DNA of 63,415 bases, filler included, from Octopus bimaculoides (GCF_001194135.2; 5 parts of 5 records of this genome joined end to end with filler, not necessarily neighbours in it), one strand, 5' to 3'; shown: positions 1-12,292, counted from the first letter of the whole stretch. The notes: generated by a model not told the origin, from the letters alone. Numbers and translations are program-made.

Positions 1-117
1 ACATGTACATCTATATATATATATATACATCTACACATATGTATACATATACATGTATGTATAGATCTATATATATATATATATACATATACGTGTACAT
101 CTATATGCATACATATA

Positions 118-180
<63 letters not shown>

Positions 181-642
181 GTGAAAGTATCTGTCACTAC
201 AGTATCGAAATGTGATTGTTTCAGTTAGTGGAATAGTTTCATTTTTAAAGTGAAAGTATTTGAAATGAGTGTTTTTGTTTCACTTTTGACACGTAATACT
301 TAAATAGTGGAGGAGATATTATGTTGCCGTGTGCTCGAACTCTGCAAGAAGTTAATAATTTTCTGACTAAAACACAACTGGAACCCTTGCATGACCACAG
401 TCCAGTGACTGAAACAAGAAAAAGACAAAAACTAAATTAACCAACAAACCATGCCGCCACCTGCTCCTCTGTTACAAGCATTCGGGCCAGTTTGAAGATA
501 CCTTTTTTTCCTCCCTTCTTCCTATCAGGCTTGGAAGGCATGTAAATTGTCAGGAGTACCTTTTCTCCTCCCGATTAAAATATAAAAGAAAAAGAAAATT
601 ATATTGGTAGTCTATTCCGTAGATATATAATACATAAATCTT

Positions 643-925
643 TGCAGGCGTGGTTCGTGGGCGCAGGCATGTCTCATAGGCGCAAGCATGGTTGTGTAAC
701 TCAGCCGTGGCTGTCTGACGGAAGCGTGGGTGTGACATGCAGGCGTGAATGTGTGGAGCAGGTGCGGCTGTCTGGCAAGAAATTTGCTTCGTAACTACAC
801 AGTTCTAGGTTCAGTTCCACTGCGTGGCACCTTGAACAAATGTCCTCTACTATAAACTTGGACCGACAAAAGCTTTGCGAGTGGATTTGGTAGACAGAAA
901 CTGAAAGAAGCAGTTGTATATATAN
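643..925 (+). mobile_element. tRNA-derived CORE-type SINE (family A), 5' half
   Basis: ggttcagttccactgcgtggcaccttgaacaaatgtcctctactata...gtggatttggtagacagaaactgaaagaag, followed by a (TA)n linker. Confidence 0.8.
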
Positions 926-1329
926 NNNNNNNNNNNNNNNNNNNNNNNNNNNNNNNNNNNNNNNNNNNNNNNNNNNNNNNNNNNNNNNNNNNNNNNNNNN
1001 NNNNNNNNNNNNNNNNNNNNNNNNNNNNNNNNNNNNNNNNNNNNNNNNNNNNNNNNNNNNNNNNNNNNNNNNNNNNNNNNNNNNNNNNNNNNNNNNNNNN
1101 NNNNNNNNNNNNNNNNNNNNNNNNNNNNNNNNNNNNNNNNNNNNNNNNNNNNNNNNNNNNNNNNNNNNNNNNNNNNNNNNNNNNNNNNNNNNNNNNNNNN
1201 NNNNNNNNNNNNNNNNNNNNNNNNNNNNNNNNNNNNNNNNNNNNNNNNNNNNNNNNNNNNNNNNNNNNNNNNNNNNNNNNNNNNNNNNNNNNNNNNNNNN
1301 NNNNNNNNNNNNNNNNNNATATGCACGTT

Positions 1330-1676
1330 AGCAAGTGTGGAGATCATTAGTATATCGATAACTAGACAGACATGCACATTAGCAAGTGTGAAGATCGTTA
1401 GTGGATCGTTAGCTAGATTGAGGGTAAAATGCTTACTTAGTTGTGGCAGGCTACAAAAGCATCAGTGTTGAGCTCGCAATTGTGCTCTCAGTTATTTTGC
1501 AAAACTTCGTTTTACCAACCATGGGTCCGAAGAAAGTGAGTGCGAAGGACAGTGGTGAGAAGAAGCAGATGATGTGCATTGAATTAAAGAAATAAATTAT
1601 CGAAAAACATGACCAAGGTGTGTGTGCAGTAGACATGGCGAAGCAGTACGAGCATAGTACTTCTATGATCTTCACC
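1330..1676 (+). mobile_element. Tigger/pogo-like DNA transposon 5' fragment
   Basis: ATG at 1521 opens MGPKKVSAKDSGEKKQMMCIELKK*IIEKHDQGVCAVDMAKQYEHSTSMI, a CENP-B-type HTH N-terminus with one stop. Confidence 0.75.
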
Positions 1677-2504
1677 TCTAGGAGGGGTTAGGACTAGATC
1701 GGGATTAGTTGCTGCCTTTTAGAGGCTCCCGATCCCCCTTTCGCTAGGTTAGCTTAGGCTTAGGTTAAGGCTTAGTTGTGATCCGAACACAACCTCTTCT
1801 GACACAGAAGATTGGGAGCCCTTTTGAGCGTTCTATTTTCCGTGCCGGAAGGGCTCCCAAGGATGGGTTAGATGATGGGGTAGTGGTTTCGAAAAGGCCA
1901 CCATGTGCAACCTGATCACCTCTTCCGATTAAAACTCCCAACCCATGCGTTGCCGTCGCGACACTGATTCTGCAGAACTGTGTTGGGTGTGAAAACTAAC
2001 TTTAAAGTATAAATATAGATTTTTTAAATTCAGCAATGTTGTGTTCTGTTAAGTCCTATTTGTGGTGAAAAATCAATGAACTGATTCCTTATGGGGTTTT
2101 CTATTCAATCAGAATGAAAAATTGATAAGCTGATTCTTTATAGAATTTCCCACTAAAATTGGCTACACCCCATTTTCAACCATAACTTTCACCAATTTTG
2201 ACGTATTTTGTTCAAACTTGATGCCGGCATTACTTAGGTCTCGTGGGATCTTTGAATGCTTTAAGTTCTCCAAAAGAGAAAAAGAAACAATCGATGAGTG
2301 GAAACATTGATAAGCCGATTCCTTATGGGATTTCCCAGTCAAATTGTCTGCAACACATTTCCAGCCAAACATTTACCAATTTCAACGGATTTCGCTCAAA
2401 TTTCACGTCGGTGTTGCTTAATTTGGTTTGAAACAAAGCCAGATTAACTTGATTAGCTTAATAATCCTAACTTAATCCCAGGCAACGCCGGGCTATACTG
2501 CTAG
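1677..2504 (+). mobile_element. Non-autonomous Helitron (3' terminus clear, 5' end uncertain)
   Basis: A subterminal hairpin cccaggcaacgccggg (2477-2492) is followed 8 nt later by CTAG|T (2501-2505). An internal motif gattcyttatrgrrttt occurs three times. Confidence 0.65.
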
Positions 2505-2611
2505 TAATAGAAAGGATTTCAAGCCATTTGGTAACTTCTGTTGGCGAGAGAGAAGAACCATTTATACAGCTTACAACCAAAGCCCCATTACATTACATTT
2601 CTTCCTCTTAC

Positions 2612-2689
2612 CTTCGCTTTCATACGAAGAGCTAGGAACCGGAACGTTAGATTCTTCAAGCCTCGCATCAATTAAACTTAGCAAACTTC
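2612..2689 (-). CDS. Candidate 78-nt exon
   Basis: Minus-strand GAAG|gtaaga donor. Frame (G)SLLSLIDARLEESNVPVPSSSYESE. The acceptor is weak. Confidence 0.2.
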
Positions 2690-3182
2690 CTTAGCAAACT
2701 TGTTAATAATTTCACTTATGGCTTATGGACCAGTTCTTAACATAGTCAAGCCATCTCGTGTTTCTTCAGATTTCATTTACATTACATGAATATAATATAT
2801 ATTTATGAATATGTAGAAATGTCAGACAGTTTCATAACTGCGATTTACAGTCCGAAAATATTGCGTCATATCACACCACACATCTGTATGTATGTATGTA
2901 TGTATGTATGTATGTTTGTTTGTTTGTTTGTATATATGTATGTTATATATGTATGTGTGTATAAATGACAAATGGACGAGTAATGTTTAGTTTATTAGTC
3001 TATATCAATGCTGTATACACATCAGTATACATGAATTCTAAAGAGATATAAACTAGCATGACACATAAATCAGGTTTTATGTATTCGCTTAGGAGTAACA
3101 GTAACGAATCTATACATGTGTCTGATTGCTTGTGTGCATGTACGTATGTGTGTATGTGTGTGTGTGTGTATGTGTATGTGTG

Positions 3183-3223
<41 letters not shown>

Positions 3224-3482
3224 TTTGACTTATAGTGTGTGTGAGGCGGTTTTGTGCGGCAGTAGAGACTGGCTCGTCTTAGATAGCGTAGAATTTGACC
3301 AGCAGCATTGGAGAAGACACTGAATAGGACAACCCAATGCAGTACCGACTAGCCAGACAGCTATGTGCGTTACTTCAATGACTGAAAGATCGATGAGGTC
3401 TGCTGTACAGGTGATGACCTTCCGGTTTTTGGCAACGAGAAACTTCTCTGGTGCTATTTTATGCACTTGAAGCACTTGAAAT

Positions 3483-3521
<39 letters not shown>

Positions 3522-3569
3522 ACACACACGCACACGCACGCACACTCACGCACACACACACACACACAC

Positions 3570-3690
3570 ATATGGCTGTGTGGTAAGAAGCATGCTTCCC
3601 AAACCACATGGTTTCAGGTTCAGTTCCACTGAGTGGCACCTTGGGCAAGTGTCTCCCACTATAGCCTCGGGCCGACCAAAGCCTTGTGAT
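3570..3690 (+). mobile_element. Family A SINE head
   Basis: Matches 27360-27470; cut by a gap. Confidence 0.8.
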
Positions 3691-4204
3691 NNNNNNNNNN
3701 NNNNNNNNNNNNNNNNNNNNNNNNNNNNNNNNNNNNNNNNNNNNNNNNNNNNNNNNNNNNNNNNNNNNNNNNNNNNNNNNNNNNNNNNNNNNNNNNNNNN
3801 NNNNNNNNNNNNNNNNNNNNNNNNNNNNNNNNNNNNNNNNNNNNNNNNNNNNNNNNNNNNNNNNNNNNNNNNNNNNNNNNNNNNNNNNNNNNNNNNNNNN
3901 NNNNNNNNNNNNNNNNNNNNNNNNNNNNNNNNNNNNNNNNNNNNNNNNNNNNNNNNNNNNNNNNNNNNNNNNNNNNNNNNNNNNNNNNNNNNNNNNNNNN
4001 NNNNNNNNNNNNNNNNNNNNNNNNNNNNNNNNNNNNNNNNNNNATATAATAACATAAATAATATATAAATATATGCATATATCCATACATATATGTACAG
4101 ACCTGCATCTATATGTATACATACATGCATATATGGGTACAGGACATCACAAAAAACGTTAATCACAATGAGAAATAAAAACATAAAGACGCTATATATA
4201 TAGC

Positions 4205-4350
4205 GGGGGGCTTCCTTCAGTCTGTCTATGAAATCCACTCATAAGGCTTTGATCGGTCCGGAGCTATAATATAGAGAACACTTGCTCAAGTTTCCACATT
4301 GTGGGACTGAACCCAAGACCACAAGCTTTTTACTCAGACAGGTACGTCTG
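4205..4350 (-). mobile_element. Family A SINE 5' half
   Basis: Reverse complement of the family A head and CORE segment. Confidence 0.7.
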
Positions 4351-4414
4351 CGCTTATTGAAATGTTAATGTCGTCGTACATCGTTCAACATTTAAAACTT
4401 CAGTTATTCAGTTC

Positions 4415-4641
4415 AGGCAGCGGGTTGGCAGAATCGTTAAGCAACGCCGAGTAAAATACGCAGCGGCATTTCGTCCCCATTTTACATTCGACGTTTGAAT
4501 TAATTTCGCCGAGGTCGACTTTGTCTTTTACCCTTTCGGGATCGGTAAAATAAGTACCAACTGAATACTGGGGTCGATGTAATCGACTTACCCTCTCTTC
4601 ACGAACATGCTGGACTTGTGCCAAAGTTTGAAACCAATATT
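4415..4641 (+). mobile_element. tRNA-derived SINE family B (Nin/Deu-like central domain)
   Basis: ggcagaatcgtta...gaggtcgactttgtcttttaccctttcgggatcggtaaaataagtacc...tttgaaaccaatatt. Confidence 0.8.
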
Positions 4642-4904
4642 TAAACTTCAGCGATTTTTACGAGGAAGATTTGACTGCATTTCTTTACACATCACAGGAC
4701 TACATATAATTTCCTTCTATATATAGTGTCTTCCTCTATTTCGTTAAGCATATCTGTAAACATAGATACGAATTAAATCGTAGATCAGTTGAATAAAGGA
4801 GATCTTATAACTTCTTTTACTGATAGGTGAAAGTAAACCATATATACAACTGTCAACGTTATCCGAGTCCATTTTACCTCATTTTTGATGGCAATTCTTT
4901 TTTT

Positions 4905-5114
4905 ACTCTTTTACACGTTTCAGCCTTTTTTTTATGCGACCATGCAGGAGCACCGCCTTAAAGGGCTTTTTTAGTCGAAGAAATCGACCCCAAAACTTAT
5001 TCTCCGTAAGCCTAGTACTTATTCTTTCGGTCATTTTTGCCGAACCGCTACGTTACGGGGACATAAACACACCAACATCGGTTGCCAAGCAATGGTGGGG
5101 GACAAACGCAAATA

Positions 5115-5158
<44 letters not shown>

Positions 5159-5255
5159 ACAAATATATATATATATTTTTTTTTTANNNNNNNNNNNNNN
5201 NNNNNNNNNNNNNNNNNNNNNNNNNNNNNNNNNNNNNNNNNNNNNNNNNNNNNNN

Positions 5256-5286
<31 letters not shown>

Positions 5287-5360
5287 GTTTGCATGTATAT
5301 ACATATCTATTATATACGACGGGCTTCTTTTAGTTTCCGTCTACTAAATCCACTCACGCA
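4905..5360 (-). mobile_element. Family A SINE
   Basis: 3' part at 4905-5110, then a (CA)/(TA) linker and the 5' part. Confidence 0.75.
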
Positions 5361-5429
5361 GTGGGACCGAACCCACTATTAGTATTTATTAAAGAAAAAC
5401 TCATCGGTTTGATCGGCTTACTCCATTCT

Positions 5430-5820
5430 TTGTGTTTTACTTGCTTCAGTCATTGCACTGTGGCCATGTTGTACAACCACTTTGTAGGGTTTGGCCTAAC
5501 AAAATGCCCCGGTCCATTTTTTTTTCTTTTAAGGTCTGATATTTATTACAAAGATCCCTTTTACTGATATTGGTCTGTTTACCGGGTCGAAAACAAACGA
5601 AAACCGGTTGTCCCAAACACACACACACACACAAAACACGTGCACATACACGCGCGCGCGCGCGCGCGCACACACACATATACAACGAGCTTTCACACAG
5701 TCTCCATCAACCAGACTCACAAAGTATTGGGCAGCCCAGGTATATAGTAGAAGACGTCCAAAGTGCAATGCCGTGAGACCAAAACTGAAACTATATGGTT
5801 TCTAAGCGAGCTTCCTAACC
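5430..5820 (-). mobile_element. Family A SINE, internally deleted
   Basis: The tail ttttacttgcttcagtcatt and the head accacagcgccctgcctgcgcc are both present. Confidence 0.65.
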
Positions 5821-5942
5821 ACAGCGCCCTGCCTGCGCCTCTTGTATTTTTTGATAGTAATACAATTAATATAAATAGTAACTCAGTGCGGACGTCGAAC
5901 TGCTGACACGTCAGCTCGTTAACTGAAACAATTTGTGTTATT

Positions 5943-6358
5943 AAGGCGGTGAGCTAGCAGAATCGTTAGCACGCCAGGTAAAATGCTTATCGGCATTTCG
6001 TCCGTTTTTACGTTCTTAGTTCAAATTCCGTCGAGGTTGACTTTGCCTTCGATTTTTTCGAGCTTGATAAAATAAGTACCAGTTGAATACTGGGGTCGAT
6101 GTAATCGACTTCTCCCCTCCTCCGAACTTGCTGATCTTGTGCCAGAATTTGAAACCAATAAGGCGGTGAGCTGGCAGAATCGTTAGCACGCCGGTCAAAA
6201 TGCTTACATGCTGAGTTCAAATTTTGTCGAGGTCGCCTTTACCTTTCATCCTTTCGGGCTTGATACAATAGGTACCAGTCAAGCACTTGGGTCGATGTAA
6301 TCAACTTACCCACTCCCCCGAAATTTTGGGCCTTGTGCCATAATTTGAAATCAATATT
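5943..6358 (+). mobile_element. Two head-to-tail family B SINEs
   Basis: Copy 1 spans 5943-6160 and copy 2 spans 6161-6358, directly abutting. Confidence 0.85.
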
Positions 6359-6989
6359 AATGGTAACTCAAATCATTTAGTTATATAAAAGTAACACAGT
6401 TTTATGTAGGGGACATGAGTGAAGAGCGATAAAACAAACATACATCAAGACGTTTTTGTCCATTCTTTGTGATTCACTGTTGAAGACAGTTACCCAATAC
6501 TTGGTTCTAGAACTGAACCATGGGTTTCCGGAACATGATATGCACAGTTTCAAATTGAACTTCAGCCATATTGATCACGTGCTGTTGATTTTAAGGGCTA
6601 TGTCTCTCCTGCCACTCATCCACAGAATAAAACGATGAAGTCAATGAGGAACCATGTGTGTGTATGTATACATACGTGTGTGTGTGTGTGTGTGTGTTTT
6701 TATGTATATGTGTGTGTGCATGCGCGCATGTGTGTATGCATATACATGCACACATATATAAATAATTCAGATACGCGGTAATAAAGAAAATAACATATGC
6801 AAAACAAAATTATTTTTTTAGTTGGAGGAAGGAACTAAATACGTTTCCGTTAATTGTCAACGACTCTCAAAAGCAATAAATAAATAAGTAAACAAATAGA
6901 TAAATAAAATATAAAACAATGAAAATAATAAAAAGAGACAAAATTTCAAAAATTTAATTGATTTCGGTACAAATGTCGCAAAGAATAAG

Positions 6990-7800
6990 GCATTGGTCCT
7001 TTCAAGAAACCCTGAGAGGATTCTACATGTTAGTGAAGCATCCCTAAGACAAGGGAAAAGTTAAAATATCTCGAAGCTGCATTCACGAAAGATAGGAAAC
7101 CGCAGGTTGAATTGGATACTGGAATTGCAAGCGCGGGGTTCAGGAATACGCCTGTTCTAATGTTCATTCCTTAGGGAAAAGCCAAATTTGCTATCTTCAA
7201 TTCAGTTTTCATGCCTATCCTCACCTGTGGTCATGAATGTTGGGTAACAGCAGTCAGTCGGTTACGAGGACGAGGGTTATTGATCAAAGGAACAGTCTGT
7301 TTGTGAAATTAACCTGCAAGTGGCTGAGCATTCCACAGACATGTGTACCCTTAATGTAGTTCGCAGGAAGAGTCAGCGTGAAACAGAATGTGACAAAGCT
7401 GGCCCTTTTGAATTACAGGTACAATTCATTTTTGCCCGCTGAGTGGACTGGAGCAACGTAAAATAAAGTGTCTTACCCAAAGGCACAACACGCCTTTGGG
7501 AATCGAACTCATGACTTTACGATTGTGAGCCGAATACTCCTCACTCTAAGCCACGCGTCTTCACTCTAATGACTGACTAAGTACGATTGCGAATCCAAGG
7601 AGCGGAAATGAGTTTCCTCCGAAGGATCTCGACAGGGCGCATAGCTCAGAGAATCGCTTTGCACCGATTCTCCACACTGGGAGTTCACAGCTCCGGTTAG
7701 AATGTTGCCCGGAAGGATCGATCGCAAGTAAGATTTTCCAAGACGAGCCAACCGAGTAAATCTATGCGTAGATCAAGAGTGAGTTGGTTGGACAACACTG
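6990..7800 (+). mobile_element. RTE-clade LINE, 3' part of ORF2, interrupted by a SINE
   Basis: Degenerate LVLSRNP..KYLEAAFT, KAKFAIFNSVFMPILTCGHECWVT, then after the SINE RIQGAEMSFLRRIS...SRVSWLDN. These follow the RTE post-RT consensus. Confidence 0.7.
7255..7562 (-). mobile_element. Family C-related SINE nested in the RTE fragment
   Basis: Shares the 3' half with 55313-55500 and has a tRNA-like head at about 7480-7562. Confidence 0.75.
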
Positions 7801-7859
7801 TGTAACAACTTTTTTTATTTATTTATTTATTTATTATCTTTGGTCTGTAAGTGTTATTT

Positions 7860-8185
7860 CCTGTTTGCTTCTATCTAGAAATCGAAGGAAATGACTGTTA
7901 TTCCCTTCAAACTTTGCTTTTGTAATCTGGACATCAATGTTTTCAAACTGATCTGTTTTCCATTACACTTCAGACAGATTCAGCGCTGAGTTCCAGAAGC
8001 AGAGATATCGTAACAGTAAATATTCTACTCAATACCACAGACTTACATGTCAGTTGCTTAACCTAAACCACTTGAACATATCCCTTAGCGGCTGACAATA
8101 TGCATCTCAGATGAAGAACAGGGTAGTGGGAGAGCATCGTAGCTATGTGTTGAGAGGAATTCTTTCGGGCTTGAATAAATATTGT
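7860..8185 (+). mobile_element. Second fragment of the same (TAA)n-tailed LINE family
   Basis: tattctactcaataccacag...accacttgaacatatccctta...gagcatcgtagctatgtgtt is the diverged reverse complement of 62450-62595. Confidence 0.55.
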
Positions 8186-9253
8186 AACAAAAGCCAACTT
8201 TGAAGGAAATATTAACCAGTTTTCATATTTTGTAGGGGGCAAGCAAATAGGAAATAAATAGGAAATAACACTTGTTACCCAAGGACAAAAATTGTGTTAC
8301 ATTGTGTAATATAGTCTCTGTCGATCACGATTAAGGAATCAGTAGGAAAGTATGATAACGGTTGATTCTAAGGAGTCGCCTGAGAGTTCCAGCCCCACGA
8401 CCCTCCCATGAATAATGTTCAGCAAAAATGGATGGATAAATGGACGGTTAGGGTATCATTGTTCATTGTTCGTAGGCAAGGTGCAAGTCATGTATGTTTT
8501 GGGCTTATATATCTTCATCAGTGAAGCATAGATTTCTTTGGCCTATACGTACTGTTGACAGATTTGACACAGGAAAAAGATTAACGAAGCATTTTTTCCA
8601 TAAATAAAAAAAACAGATTGAGCTAAGGGAAGTACCAGAAAGAGTGTCAAAAACAACATTTTTTACAAAATAATTTTGCACATATAAATTAATTTTTCTG
8701 TAAATTATTCTAATTTCTTGAGATGATCTCTTTTGTTCGAAAGTCGCCAGCACTTACGCTAAATTTCTATTGCATTTCACTAACTAAAAAGTAGATTTCA
8801 ATTCACAGAGAAAAGTTTTGTGTCTGTCATTTAGTACATCACAACCTACCTGAATTACATAAATTCATACCATTGGCCCAGTTGAGTTATTTCCCTTAGG
8901 TAACTAGGTCAGTGTTTGTCATTAAACTTGTTTCTCGAAACTGTTTTTTTGTTTTTTTCTTTTCTACTTCGGAAAAACAAAAAAATTATCCACCGACTGG
9001 ACAGACTTCAGAATGTTATAACGGATGATAACGTATAATAAAGACATGCCTAGTGCTGTCGTGTTAACTAAGATAATATGTAAATTCAATTTTCGGTTAC
9101 TGTAATTCAAAACTGCATGAAATTATCTCCCCTTTTCTGTCAGACACGCTGACAGCTTCTGCAATTGTTATATACTTCTATTTTTTCTTATCTGCAAGGC
9201 AAATATACATTCATTAGGAAAATTTAATATACCATTCAACACATAATTCTCGT

Positions 9254-9480
9254 GTGGGGTTCGGCGCATCAAACAATAAACCCAGCGTTTCCTCTGCACG
9301 TCGTGAAAGGCGAGTAGCTATGGTTGAGGTAGAATTTGCACTCCGACCTCGTAAAACACTCACCAGCAACAATTACCCAAACAGACCCAAGGGTGGGATG
9401 CGGGGTTGTCGCCTGAGTCGTGCAAAGGTGTCAGTTGTGGAGGCAGCAACGCGCTGCTACCACGACTATTCGTTATATCT
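9254..9480 (+). mobile_element. Probable 5' UTR fragment of an RTE-like LINE
   Basis: ttcctctgcacgtcgtgaaaggcgagta resembles the motif TCCCCTGCNCGTCGTAAGAGGCGACTAA that I associate with RTE 5' ends. Confidence 0.3.
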
Positions 9481-9631
9481 CTACTTACGTTAGTTATATA
9501 AGTATGAATGTGGGTGTGCGCGAAGGGTGCGCTTGCGTATGTGAGCATGTGTCTATGTGTGTCCGTATGTGCCCGCGTATGCATGTGTTTATATAGACTT
9601 ATATGTACGCATGTGTTTGTGAGTGTATATG

Positions 9632-9674
<43 letters not shown>

Positions 9675-10570
9675 TACACATACATACATACATACATACA
9701 TATATATGTATATATAGATATATGTCTGTGCGTGTGTATGTATGTGTATATATATATGTATATATATATAGATAGATATATGCATGTGTTTATGAGTGTG
9801 TATGCTATATGTGTGTCTATGTGTGTATGTATGCGTATATATAAATGTGTGTGTGCGTATATATATATATGTGTATGTGCATATATATATATATATATTG
9901 CATGTATATGTATACGCGTGTTTGTGAATGTGTATGCTATATATATATATATATATATATATATATNNNNNNNNNNNNNNNNNNNNNNNNNNNNNNNNNN
10001 NNNNNNNNNNNNNNNNNNNNNNNNNNNNNNNNNNNNNNNNNNNNNNNNNNNNNNNNNNNNNNNNNNNNNNNNNNNNNNNNNNNNNNNNNNNNNNNNNNNN
10101 NNNNNNNNNNNNNNNNNNNNNNNNNNNNNNNNNNNNNNNNNNNNNNNNNNNNNNNNNNNNNNNNNNNNNNNNNNNNNNNNNNNNNNNNNNNNNNNNNNNN
10201 NNNNNNNNNNNNNNNNNNNNNNNNNNNNNNNNNNNNNNNNNNNNNNNNNNNNNNNNNNNNNNNNNNNNNNNNNNNNNNNNNNNNNNNNNNNNNNNNNNNN
10301 NNNNNNNNNNNNNNNNNNNNNNNNNNNNNNNNNNNNNNNNNNNNNNNNNNNNNNNNNNNNNNNNNNNNNNNNNNNNNNNNNNNNNNNNNNNNNNNNNNNN
10401 NNNNNNNNNNNNNNNNNNNNNNNNNNNNNNNNNNNNNNNNNNNNNNNNNNNNNNNNNNNNNNNNNNNNNNNNNNNNNNNNNNNNNNNNNNNNNNNNNNNN
10501 NNNNNNNNNNNNNNNNNNNNNNNNNNNNNNNNNNNNNNNNNNNNNNNNNNNNNNNNNNNNNNNNNNNNNN

Positions 10571-10611
<41 letters not shown>

Positions 10612-11149
10612 ATGTATAGATATTTTTTCACACCTTTCTCTCACGTACAGACCCTTGTACGCACAATTAGATAGATAGATAGATAGACAGATAGATAGAT
10701 CATTCTGTTCCTGTTCTCTACACACACGCACTTTCTCTGTCCTCCCGCTCTCCTTCTCTCTAGCATGCGCGCGCACATAAGCACGCACTCATACGCGAAT
10801 ACACAGTCGTTATTCTTATTGGCGAACAACTAGGACAAGGTGACGTGCAAGGCGGCGAGTTTCACTCAGAAACAAAGCCGAAAGGAAGTTATTCATGAAA
10901 GTTGGAGCAGCGGCGAACATCGACTTTTCCATGAATGACCGGCTGAAGGTTGTGTGCTTTTTGTGTATTGTCCCAGTTCGCGTCTGAAGAGGCTGGAGCG
11001 ACTGCTTTTCGCGTTTTACGAAAAGGACGCGTTCTACTCCACCCGTGTTCCACTTGTCAATACCTGCAGCTTGGAGACTTGTCGTATCGTGGCTGACGAT
11101 GCGATGGTATGTGTTGAGGCTACGTACAATCTTTGTTAACTGATGCAGC

Positions 11150-11330
11150 CAGTTGTTGGGTACCATTCTATACGCTTTCGCAGTCATTCGTCGCCACTGA
11201 TCTCTCTTCTCTGTGATGTGTAGCAGGTTCGCTGTGATTTAACTTGTCCAGTCCTTGCAGTTGTCAAAGTGGGATTCTTTCACGTCTTGAATGTCATCAA
11301 GCGCTAACAGACAGTTAGAAACTGTCGAAC
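11150..11330 (-). mobile_element. Probable RTE-type LINE C-terminal remnant
   Basis: FDNCKDWTS*ITANLLHITEKRDQWRRMTAKA resembles the RTE ORF2 end (WxDNIKDWT..ELLRxxEDRxxWRR). Confidence 0.4.
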
Positions 11331-12184
11331 AATGAGATCGGTTGCAGTCTGCCGTTTTATAGAAGACTGGTGGCGGGCAAAATGAGACGGCGTTCTCGGA
11401 GAAACTCTGGGCATCGAAGGGAATCATTTGGCTGGTTTAATTCGTATGGTTTTCAGGCCACGGCCCATAGATAATTTCCAGAAATACCTGACCTGCCAGT
11501 ATTACTGGAGCGCATTGCCAGTTCGAGATGTACGGTTAGCCGAACCCGTCCGAGATGCACGCAGAATGACGAAATCGTTTTGTCCCATATTTGTCCAGTT
11601 CACGAGGAGAGCCTATCTGTGGTGTTATGCTGAACTGCTGCAGTAATGTGTAGGACTGAACCGGTTAAAAGCTGAGTCCATTGAGAAGATCATTCTGTCA
11701 CCTTTCTTTGATCGAAAAGGTCTGATAGCCTTTATCGGTCTGGTGACTTAGACAAAAGAGGTTGCGTAGTGGACGAGAATAAAATCGCTGAAGAACGCTA
11801 CCTTTCTCTTTGGTCAAGTCCTCGTCAGCTTTTGCAGGTCACTTGAAAATGAAAATGAGTGCGGAGAGGGAAGTGCTGCCATAGCGGATTTGTTGAAAAG
11901 TGGATGAGAGTAGTGAGCATGGTCCGAGTGAACGAGCTGACTGAGAGCAGGCCCGTTTAATCGAAGATTGGAGAAAAAAAAAGGGAGAGATCCTTAGTGA
12001 CTTATGCTTTTTGTGGGGTTTCCACGATTGGAGTTTGGACGTCATTCACACCGTCCTTTCGAGAAATTTTTCTCTGATATTTCTTTCTTTTCTGCTATTT
12101 CCGTTTATTACATGCTTTTTATGCAGTCCTCTATTCTGTACCGACCTTGATTTTCTTATCAACTTTTCAGGTTGATAAAGTAAG

Positions 12185-12213
12185 CATTATTATTATCATC
12201 ATCATCATCATCA

Positions 12214-12291
<78 letters not shown>
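12185..12291. repeat. (ATC)n/(ATT)n microsatellite
   Basis: Direct reading. A similar tract lies at 62095-62173. Confidence 0.95.

Positions 12292-12292
<1 letters not shown>

Noticed and set aside
3230-3475. 81-aa minus-strand ORF between microsatellites
   Set aside because: No recognisable domain or convincing splice pair. It is possibly an old LINE remnant, but too weak to call.
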